DNA of 11,295 nucleotides from Candidatus Fraserbacteria bacterium (lineage in GTDB: Bacteria; Bipolaricaulota; Bipolaricaulia; RBG-16-55-9; JANLFV01), in contig JBBIJD010000005.1 of the NCBI GenBank assembly GCA_037446135.1, positions 1-11,295 of the forward strand. Reading direction: 5' to 3'. Under the pieces are notes generated by a model. The model was not told the DNA's origin. It saw only the letters and a list, made by a program, of their open reading frames with translations, and searched no databases. Of this stretch, positions 1-6,482 are shown one piece after another; within the stretch, counting starts at the first letter, position 1, and every line of letters starts with the position of its first letter. Both the position numbers and the translations under genes were made by a program.

Positions 1-53
1 CGCCGACCTCCTGGTTGACAGCCAGGCGTCTTAGGCCTCTAGACCACGCCCCC
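1..53 (-). tRNA. tRNA-Asp (anticodon GUC), 3' part truncated by window edge
   Basis: The reverse complement reads GGGGGCG-TG-GTCT-AGAGGCCTA-AGAC-G-CCTGG-CT GTC AA-CCAGG-AGGTC-GGCG. The D stem GTCT/AGAC, the anticodon stem CCTGG/CCAGG, a 5-nt variable loop and the start of the T stem are all visible. Confidence 0.93.
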
Positions 54-61
54 GTAGCATG

Positions 62-90
62 ATTCTAATCGGCAGCCCTAGGGATGTCAA
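62..90 (-). promoter_or_regulatory. sigma70-type promoter for tRNA-Asp
   Basis: Minus strand TTGACA (90-85), 17-bp spacer, TAGAAT (67-62), ending 8 nt before the tRNA 5' G at 53. Confidence 0.85.
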
Positions 91-100
91 CCCATCTGGC

Positions 101-176
101 TGGTGGGCGGAGCAGGACTCGAACCCGCGACCTCCTGCGTGTAAGGCAGGCGCTCTCCCGGCTGAGCTATCCGCCC
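101..176 (-). tRNA. tRNA-Val (anticodon UAC), CCA encoded
   Basis: Full 76-nt cloverleaf: GGGCGGA-TA-GCTC-AGCCGGGA-GAGC-G-CCTGC-CT TAC AC-GCAGG-AGGTC-GCGGG-TTCGAGT-CCTGC-TCCGCCC-A-CCA. Confidence 0.98.
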
Positions 177-189
177 TCCCCGCTGAGCT
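151..189. repeat. Imperfect direct repeat (21-bp period) between the tRNA-Val D-arm and its 5' leader
   Basis: 151-168 cgctctcccggctgagct vs 172-189 cgccctccccgctgagct, 16/18 identical. Confidence 0.6.
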
Positions 190-381
190 TCACTCCTCTT
201 CCGCCTCGCTGAGGACCTCCTCGAGCTCGTCCAGGGCCACCGCGAGCCGCTCGACGGCATCAATCATCTCGTCATCGGTCGAGCCCTCGACCAGCTCCTC
301 TAGGTCATGCTGGACATTCCGGAGGCGGTCGCTCAGGGGCTGAATCTTCTCTAGCAATTCCTTCTTCGTCATGTAGGGCAT
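190..381 (-). CDS. Small acidic helical-hairpin/coiled-coil hypothetical protein (63 aa)
   Basis: A strong SD (GAGGAGGT) lies 5 nt before the ATG at 381, favouring this start over 396. The protein MPYMTKKELLEK...EAEEE has 20 D/E vs 6 K/R and a heptad hydrophobic pattern in two helices split by GSTDD. Codon style matches neighbouring genes. Confidence 0.8.
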   Translation of the reverse strand: MPYMTKKELLEKIQPLSDRLRNVQHDLEELVEGSTDDEMIDAVERLAVALDELEEVLSEAEEE

Positions 382-420
382 GGCGCACCTCCTCATCTGG
401 ATCGAGGCCGGCTCGCGGAG

Positions 421-449
421 ATGTTAACCAAGGATGGGGGTGAAGACAA
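421..449 (-). promoter_or_regulatory. Possible internal sigma70 promoter overlapping the clp stop codon, for the small ORF plus tRNA-Val
   Basis: Minus strand TTGTCT (449-444), 17 bp, TAACAT (426-421). Each box matches 4/6, with TTG and TA---T retained. Confidence 0.4.
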
Positions 450-2850
450 ATCCCTCGCCCTGGGCGTCGATCCGGACGGCTTGGCCTTCCTTGAGCTTCC
501 CGTCGATGATCATCATGGCTAGCTCGTTCTCGAGCTCGTTCTCGATGACCCGGACAAGGGGCCGGGCCCCGTAGTCCGGGGAGTAGCCCTTCTTCGCTAA
601 GAGCCCCTTGGCTTGGGCCGTGACCTCCAGAGCGATCCCCTGCTCCGCCAGCCTTGTTCGGAGCTCGCCCAGCTTCAGCTCGACGATCTTGGCGAGCGCC
701 CCCGGGGTGAGCTGGCGGAAGACGATGATCCCATCGAGCCGATTCAGGAATTCCGGCCGGAAGCTCCGCTTCACCTCCTCCATCACCCTCCGGCGGATCT
801 CCTCATCGGGGAGGGTAGCCTGGGTCGGCTCGCCGTTGTCGAACCCGATCTGGCTCCGGCCGCTCAAAAGCTCGCTCCCGATGTTCGAGGTCAGGATGAT
901 CAGGGTGTTCTTGAAGTCGACCGTCCGGCCATGGCCGTCGGTCAGCCGACCGGCGTCCATGACTTGGAGGAGGATGTTGAACACATCCTGATGGGCCTTC
1001 TCGATCTCATCGAAGAGGATCACCCGATAGGGCCGGCGACGGACGGCCTCGGTGAGCTGGCCGCCCTCTTCATATCCGACATACCCCGGGGGTGAGCCGA
1101 TGAGCCGCGCCACGGAGTGGCGCTCCATATACTCGGACATATCGAGCCTTAAGAGCGCGTCCTCGTCATTGAAGAGGAACCTTGCCAGGGCCTTGGAGAG
1201 CTCGGTCTTACCCACACCGGTCGGGCCGAGGAAGAGGAAGGACCCGATCGGGCGCTTCGCGCTCTTCAGGCCAGCCCGGGCCCGCCGGACGGCCTGGGAG
1301 ACGGCCCTCACCGCCTCCTCCTGGTCGATCACCTGCTGGTGGAGGAACTCCTCCATCCTCGCCAGGCGGGCCCGCTCCTCCTCGAGCATCCGCTGGACCG
1401 GGATCCCGGTCCAGCGGGAGACGACCTGGGCGACCTCCTCCTCGTCCACCACGCTGTCCCGGCTTAAGCGGGCCTGCCACTCCTGTTCCTTGCGGGCCCG
1501 CTCCTCCTTGAGGCGAGCTAGCTCATCCTTTAGCTTGGCCACGGTCCCGTCCCCCGCCTCTGCCCGCTGGAGGCGCTCCTCGAGGAGCTTGATCCGCTCC
1601 TCCAGTTCCTTCACCGTCGCGGGGAAGCCCCGCTCGACCCGGAGCTGGGAGGCCGCCTCATCGATCAGGTCGATCGCCTTGTCCGGCAAGAAGCGGTCGG
1701 TGATGTAGCGGTCAGCGAGCTTGGCCGCGGCCTCCAGGGCCCGGTCGGTGATCTTAAGCTTATGATGCTCCTCGAACTTCTTCCGCAAGCCGGCGAGGAT
1801 CGCGATGGTCTCCTCGACCGTGGGCTCGCCGACGAAGACCGGCTGGAACCGTCGCTCGAGGGCCGCATCCTTCTCGACGCGCTCGCGATACTCATCTAAG
1901 GTCGTGGCCCCGATCACCTGGAATAGGCCTCTGGCGAGCGGGGTCTTGAGGATGTTGGAGGCATCGATCGCCCCCTCGGCGGCCCCGGCCCCGACGATGT
2001 TGTGGAGCTCGTCGATGAAGAGGATCGTCCTTCCCTTATCGGCCTCCAGCTCCCGGATCACGGCCTTGAGCCGCTCCTCGAACTCGCCCCGGAACTTCGA
2101 GCCGGCCACGAGGGCCGCGAGGTCGAGCATGATGATCTCCTTGTCCTTGAGGGTCTCAGGGACATCACCGGCCACGATCCGCTCGGCCAGCCCCTCGACG
2201 ATCGCCGTCTTCCCCACACCCGGCTCGCCGATCAGGACGGGATTATTCTTCCTCCTCCGGGAGAGGATCTGGGCGACCCGCCCGATCTCGCCGATCCGGC
2301 CGATCACCGGGTCCAGCTCGCCCTTGCGGGCCAGCTCCGTGAGGTTGACCCCATACTTCTGGAGGATGCGATAGCGCTCCTCCGCGGAGCGGTCGGTCAC
2401 GCGCTGCTCGCCCCGGACCTTGTGGAGAGCGGAATAGACCGCCTCAGGGTTGATCCGGTGCTTATCTAAAACCCGCCGGAGCTCGAGGTTCGAGTCCCGG
2501 CTGATCGCAAGCAGGAGGTGCTCGACCCCCACGAACTCGTCCTTCAACCGCTCGGCCTCCAATTCTGCGGCGCGGACCGCGTTCTCCAAGCGCGGGGTGA
2601 TGTAGATCTGCTGGCCCGTCGCACCGGTGATCGCGGGCCGCCGCTCCAGGAGGAGCTCTATGTCCTTCTGCAGCCCGGGGAGGTGCACCCCCATCTCCTG
2701 GAGGATCTCCCGGCCGAGCCCCTCAGCGGAGGCAAGAATATAAAAGATGTGCTCGACATCGAGCTGGTTATGCCGGAGCTTCCGCAAGAGCTCCGCACCC
2801 TCACGGAAGAGCCCTTGAGCCGCCTCAGTGAACCGCTCAAAGTCAATCAC
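424..2850 (-). CDS. clpC: ATP-dependent Clp protease ATP-binding subunit (class I Hsp100, ClpC-like architecture with a ClpB-like N-terminal region)
   Basis: Clp N-domain repeats (EHIF, EHLLLA). NBD1 has Walker A GEPGVGKT and Walker B LFIDELH, plus DAALERRFQ and [12 protein letters not shown] short coiled-coil M-domain follows. NBD2 has GPTGVGKT, the GYVG pore loop, [15 protein letters not shown] and GARPL. An IGF loop is at 841-849. GTG start. The clpC vs clpB label is an inference from the IGF loop and 808-aa length. Confidence 0.9.
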   Translation of the reverse strand: MIDFERFTEAAQGLFREGAELLRKLRHNQLDVEHIFYILASAEGLGREILQEMGVHLPGLQKDIELLLERRPAITGATGQQIYITPRLENAVRAAELEAERLKDEFVGVEHLLLAISRDSNLELRRVLDKHRINPEAVYSALHKVRGEQRVTDRSAEERYRILQKYGVNLTELARKGELDPVIGRIGEIGRVAQILSRRRKNNPVLIGEPGVGKTAIVEGLAERIVAGDVPETLKDKEIIMLDLAALVAGSKFRGEFEERLKAVIRELEADKGRTILFIDELHNIVGAGAAEGAIDASNILKTPLARGLFQVIGATTLDEYRERVEKDAALERRFQPVFVGEPTVEETIAILAGLRKKFEEHHKLKITDRALEAAAKLADRYITDRFLPDKAIDLIDEAASQLRVERGFPATVKELEERIKLLEERLQRAEAGDGTVAKLKDELARLKEERARKEQEWQARLSRDSVVDEEEVAQVVSRWTGIPVQRMLEEERARLARMEEFLHQQVIDQEEAVRAVSQAVRRARAGLKSAKRPIGSFLFLGPTGVGKTELSKALARFLFNDEDALLRLDMSEYMERHSVARLIGSPPGYVGYEEGGQLTEAVRRRPYRVILFDEIEKAHQDVFNILLQVMDAGRLTDGHGRTVDFKNTLIILTSNIGSELLSGRSQIGFDNGEPTQATLPDEEIRRRVMEEVKRSFRPEFLNRLDGIIVFRQLTPGALAKIVELKLGELRTRLAEQGIALEVTAQAKGLLAKKGYSPDYGARPLVRVIENELENELAMMIIDGKLKEGQAVRIDAQGEGFVFTPILG

Positions 2851-2863
2851 TTTCCACCGCCAT

Positions 2864-2890
2864 TTAGCAGTCTCACTAATTGATTGCTAA
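2864..2890. promoter_or_regulatory. CIRCE element (HrcA operator)
   Basis: TTAGCAGTC-N9(tcactaatt)-GATTGCTAA vs the consensus TTAGCACTC-N9-GAGTGCTAA, one mismatch per arm. It lies between the -10 box and the start codon of a heat-shock ATPase gene. Confidence 0.92.
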
Positions 2891-2894
2891 GAGG

Positions 2895-2923
2895 ATTATA
2901 AGGAGGGCCGGGCCGGCTGTCAA
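2895..2923 (-). promoter_or_regulatory. Perfect-consensus sigma70 promoter of the clp gene
   Basis: Minus strand TTGACA (2923-2918), 17 bp, TATAAT (2900-2895). The predicted start near 2888 falls inside the CIRCE. Confidence 0.92.
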
Positions 2924-2945
2924 GCTCAGGCGCGGGGTCGGTGGT

Positions 2946-2974
2946 TTGACTCGGCACTCCGGGTAAGCTATACT
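2946..2974 (+). promoter_or_regulatory. sigma70 promoter for the 3022 ORF / protease unit (divergent from clp)
   Basis: TTGACT (2946-2951), 17 bp, TATACT (2969-2974). SD GGAGGT at 3007-3012 downstream. Confidence 0.85.
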
Positions 2975-3021
2975 TATCCCCAATTCGCCTTAGGGCGGGG
3001 AAAAGTGGAGGTCAAGCTGAG

Positions 3022-3384
3022 ATGAGGAAGCAGCTTGCAGTGGCGTTGATAGCCGTGACGCTTGTGGCCCTAGTTGGGGTTCTTGGGGCAGCCCAGGAGC
3101 GGGAGGTCCTCGAGGCCCAGCAGCAGGCCCGGACGGATGCGATGGCCGATGTCAACTACTTCGGGTGCGGGATCGGCGGGGTCCTATTCGGCCCGTTCGC
3201 CTGGGCCCATGCCTGGTTCAGCGGGCGAGAGATGAGCGTCCACCGGGTCCTCTTCCTCCAGGACAAGTCGGAGACCTACAAGTTGGCTTATCAGGAGACA
3301 TATCTCAACACGAAGAAGCAGATGTGCACGATCGCCTCGATCGCTGGCTCGCTCCTCTGGGTCATCGCCCTCTTCTATCTCTAA
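3022..3384 (+). CDS. Hypothetical exported/membrane protein (120 aa)
   Basis: Promoter and SD upstream. Sec-type signal peptide (MRK, hydrophobic core, LGAA-Q), a Gly-rich hydrophobic segment (YFGCGIGGVLFGPFAWAHAWF) and a C-terminal hydrophobic helix (TIASIAGSLLWVIALFYL). Confidence 0.85.
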   Translation: MRKQLAVALIAVTLVALVGVLGAAQEREVLEAQQQARTDAMADVNYFGCGIGGVLFGPFAWAHAWFSGREMSVHRVLFLQDKSETYKLAYQETYLNTKKQMCTIASIAGSLLWVIALFYL

Positions 3385-3408
3385 ACTAAGCTTTAGGGGC
3401 TCGACTCG

Positions 3409-4128
3409 ATGAGACTGGTGGCCCTTTGGGCCGGGCGGCTCTTCGCCGGCCTTCTTGGACTCCTCCTTGGCGGGTGCGCCCTCCTCGACCTCCTCTTCCC
3501 CACGGTCGTGGCCGGCTCGGGGTTCGTGGTCGACCCAGCCGGCTACATCCTGACCAACGAGCATGTGGTCCATGATGCGGAGCGGATCAAGGTCTTCCTC
3601 AGGGATAGTGGCTACCCTGGGGAGCTGGTGGCGGCCGACTCGGAGCGGGACCTGGCCTTGGTGAAGGTCGCCGCGGACGGCCTCACTTCGGTCTCCTTCG
3701 GCGACTCCAGAGAAGTCGAGCTGCTCGAGCATGTCGTGGCGATGGGCTATCCCGAGCCGGGTTTCGGGCGGGACCTCACCGTCTCGGAGGGGCAGATCAC
3801 CTCGATCCGGACCAACCTCCCCGGAAGGGAGGGGCGCGAGACCTTCCAGACCGACGCCGCGATCTACCATGGGAGCAGCGGCGGGCCGCTCTTCAACCTC
3901 AAGGGCGAGGTCATCGGCGTGAATTACGCCGGGCTCGAGGGCTCGGAGTTCTATTACGCTATCCCTATCAATGAAGCTATCCCCCTCCTCCGGCTGATCC
4001 CGACCTTTCGCGAGGAGGAGATGGGCCGCCAGACCGAGCTCCTCACCCCGGGCGAGATCGTCTCCCGCTATCGAGCCGCGATCGCCTACCTCGAGGTCGA
4101 GGTGGGACGAGGCTGGGGCTCCTTCTGA
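3409..4128 (+). CDS. Trypsin-like (S1C/HtrA-related) serine protease, PDZ-less, probable lipoprotein
   Basis: GSGFVV, YILTNEHVV (His), RDLALVKV (Asp), FQTDAAIYHGSSGGPLFNLKGEVIGVN (Ser) and YAIPIN motifs. Lipobox-like LGGC with Cys23 after a hydrophobic signal. Confidence 0.92.
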   Translation: MRLVALWAGRLFAGLLGLLLGGCALLDLLFPTVVAGSGFVVDPAGYILTNEHVVHDAERIKVFLRDSGYPGELVAADSERDLALVKVAADGLTSVSFGDSREVELLEHVVAMGYPEPGFGRDLTVSEGQITSIRTNLPGREGRETFQTDAAIYHGSSGGPLFNLKGEVIGVNYAGLEGSEFYYAIPINEAIPLLRLIPTFREEEMGRQTELLTPGEIVSRYRAAIAYLEVEVGRGWGSF

Positions 4129-4137
4129 TAGTCGTCC

Positions 4138-4166
4138 TTGCGAGCCTCCTCATTCCTCCTTATATT
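4138..4166 (+). promoter_or_regulatory. Probable sigma70 promoter of topA
   Basis: TTGCGA (4138-4143), 17 bp, TATATT (4161-4166), within the 44-bp intergenic gap. Confidence 0.65.
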
Positions 4167-4172
4167 GATAGA

Positions 4173-6482
4173 GTGAGATTGAGCAAACTAGTGATCGTCG
4201 AATCCCCGGCCAAGGCGAGGACGATCGAGCGGTATCTCGGCCGGGGATATAAGGTCTTAAGCTCGATGGGCCATGTCCGTGACCTCCCGGAGACGACCCT
4301 GGGAGTCGACATCGCCAACGGCTTTGAGCCACACTTTGTGGTCAAGGACCGCCGCTTGGTGAAGCGGCTCCGGGAAGAGGCGGAGAAGGCCCAGGTAATT
4401 TACTTGGCCACGGACAATGACCGCGAAGGGGAGGCGATCGCCTTCGACCTCTTTGAGCTCCTTGATCACCAAGACAAGGGACGCTTTCAACGGATCGTCT
4501 TCAATGAGATCACCAAGCGGGTGATCCTCGAGGCGATCGCCAAGCCGGGGGAGATCGACCTCGCGAGGGTCGAGGCCCAAAGGGCCAGGAGGATCTTGGA
4601 TCGGCTCGTCGGCTACCTCGTGAGCCCGCTCCTCTCTAAGTCCCTCTCCGGGAGCAGGTATGAGGGCCTCTCCGCCGGAAGGGTCCAGTCGGTCGCTTTG
4701 AGGCTGATCGTCGACCGTGAGAGGGAGATCCAGGCCTTCAAGCCCGAGGAGTATTGGACTCTTGGGGTCGCGCTCCGCGATCATGATGGGGCCGAGCTCA
4801 AAGCTGAGCTGGTCAAGGTCAAGGGGAGGAAGCCCAAGCTCTCAAGCCGGGCTGAGGTCGACCGCCTGGTCGAAGGGCTCCGGAGCGCGGAGTTTACCGT
4901 TACTTTGGTCGAGGAAGAGGAGCAGCACCGGTCGCCCCCACCGCCCTTTATCACCAGCACCCTCCAGCAGGCCGCCTCTTCCCAATTGAAGCTCTCGCCG
5001 AAGCGGACGATGGAATTGGCCCAGCAGCTCTATGAGGGGGTCGAGCTCGAGGAGGGCCACGAGGGCTTGATAACCTACATGCGGACCGACTCCACTCGCG
5101 TCTCCGCCGAGGCCCAGGCCGAGCTAAGAGGGTTCATCGAGGCCGAGTTCGGGAGAGAGTATCTTTCCCCCAAGGTGAGGCTCTTCAAGAGCAAGGGGAA
5201 GGGGGCCCAAGAGGCCCATGAGGCGATCCGCCCGACCTCCGTGGCCCGGACACCTGAATCGGTCAAGCAATTCTTAACCCGCGACCAATACCGGCTCTAT
5301 AAGTTGATCTGGGAGAGGTTCGTGGCCACCCAGATGGCCGAGGCCCGCTACTTGCGAAGGAAGGTGGAACTCACCGCGGGGGCGGGGGACTGCCTCTTCT
5401 CCGTCTCGGGGAGCCAGCTCCGGTTCGAGGGCTTCCTCAAGGTCCTCAAGCTCCAGAAGCTGGCGGACGAGGGAGTAGAGGTCCCTAAGCTTGAGGAGGG
5501 GGAGCGACTTTTGCCGGTCGAGTTCTTCCCGGAGCAGCACTTCACTGAGCCCCCGCCGCGGTATACCGAGGCGAGCCTGGTCAAGGCCCTAGAGGAGAAG
5601 GGGATCGGCCGGCCCTCGACTTACGCCACGATCATCTCGACCATCGAAGAGCGGGGCTATGTCCGGAAGGGGAAGGGGGCCTTGGAGCCGACCCTCCTCG
5701 GCCTCGTGGCTACGGACTTCTTGAAGCGCTACTTCCCCCTGACGGTCGAGGAGGATTTCACGGCCAAGATGGAGGAGAGCCTGGACCGGATCAGCGCGGG
5801 CGAGCTCTCTCGTCTCGAGGTCCTCCAGGGGTTCTACGGCCCGTTCGCGGCCCAGCTTGCGAGGGTCAAGGCCGAGCTCCAAGACGGGAAGGGCTCCTTC
5901 CGGGTCCTCACGGACCTAAAGTGCGAGCACTGCGGCGCCCCGATGGAGCTCCGCTTTTGGAAGGGGAAGGCCTACCTCGGCTGCTCCCGCTTCCCCGAAT
6001 GCAAGACGACCCGGCCGCTTTTCGAGGGGATTGCTCTCGAGTATTCCGATCGGCGGCTGATCTTGAAGGAGAAAGAAGCGGCCCCCTCTGCGGAGGCCGG
6101 CGGCCCCGAGGGGGCTCAGGAGCTGCGCTGCCCTATCTGCGGCGGGCCGATGATCCTGCGAGAGGGGAGGTTCGGGCGGTTCTACGGCTGTAAGGACTAC
6201 CCCAAGTGCAAAGGGACCTTGCCTTACACCATCGGGGTCCCCTGCCCGCTCTGCGGGGCCGAGCTGATCGAGCGCTACTCTCCCCGGAGAAAGAAGGTAT
6301 TCTACGGCTGCTCGCGCTATCCGGAGTGCAATTTCATCACTAACGCCCGGCCGGTCAAGCTCTGCCCGAACTGCGCGAAAGGCGTCCTCATCGAGCGCGA
6401 GGGTAGGCTCACTTGCTCGAATAAGGAGTGCGGCTATACGGAGCCGCTCCCGCTCCCAGTCGGGGCCGGGGAGGCCCGCTGA
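4173..6482 (+). CDS. topA: DNA topoisomerase I (type IA)
   Basis: TOPRIM motifs LVIVESPAKA, GHVRDLP and ATDNDREGEAIA. Also RRILDRLVGY, SAGRVQS, the catalytic Tyr in LITYMRTDS, QEAHEAIRPT, GIGRPSTY and four C-terminal Cys4 zinc-ribbon-like motifs. The start is GTG 4173 or TTG 4179. Confidence 0.98.
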   Translation: MRLSKLVIVESPAKARTIERYLGRGYKVLSSMGHVRDLPETTLGVDIANGFEPHFVVKDRRLVKRLREEAEKAQVIYLATDNDREGEAIAFDLFELLDHQDKGRFQRIVFNEITKRVILEAIAKPGEIDLARVEAQRARRILDRLVGYLVSPLLSKSLSGSRYEGLSAGRVQSVALRLIVDREREIQAFKPEEYWTLGVALRDHDGAELKAELVKVKGRKPKLSSRAEVDRLVEGLRSAEFTVTLVEEEEQHRSPPPPFITSTLQQAASSQLKLSPKRTMELAQQLYEGVELEEGHEGLITYMRTDSTRVSAEAQAELRGFIEAEFGREYLSPKVRLFKSKGKGAQEAHEAIRPTSVARTPESVKQFLTRDQYRLYKLIWERFVATQMAEARYLRRKVELTAGAGDCLFSVSGSQLRFEGFLKVLKLQKLADEGVEVPKLEEGERLLPVEFFPEQHFTEPPPRYTEASLVKALEEKGIGRPSTYATIISTIEERGYVRKGKGALEPTLLGLVATDFLKRYFPLTVEEDFTAKMEESLDRISAGELSRLEVLQGFYGPFAAQLARVKAELQDGKGSFRVLTDLKCEHCGAPMELRFWKGKAYLGCSRFPECKTTRPLFEGIALEYSDRRLILKEKEAAPSAEAGGPEGAQELRCPICGGPMILREGRFGRFYGCKDYPKCKGTLPYTIGVPCPLCGAELIERYSPRRKKVFYGCSRYPECNFITNARPVKLCPNCAKGVLIEREGRLTCSNKECGYTEPLPLPVGAGEAR

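Noticed and set aside
1..189. tRNA genes as a possible integration site for a genomic island
   Set aside because: There is no integrase, no duplicated tRNA 3' end and no obvious compositional shift in the window. Flanking genes are housekeeping.
59..343. 94-aa plus-strand ORF
   Set aside because: It is the antisense reading of tRNA-Val (WWAEQDSNPRPPACKAGALPAELS is the classic tRNA shadow) and of the small acidic gene.
608..2883. Numerous plus-strand and alternate-frame ORFs over the clp gene
   Set aside because: These are antisense or out-of-frame shadows expected in GC-rich coding DNA, with Ser/Arg/Pro-rich composition and no family motifs.
3165..6193. Alternate-frame and antisense ORFs over the hypothetical, protease and topA genes (e.g. 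3184-3870, 4257-4784)
   Set aside because: They are nested in or antisense to well-supported genes and carry no recognisable motifs.
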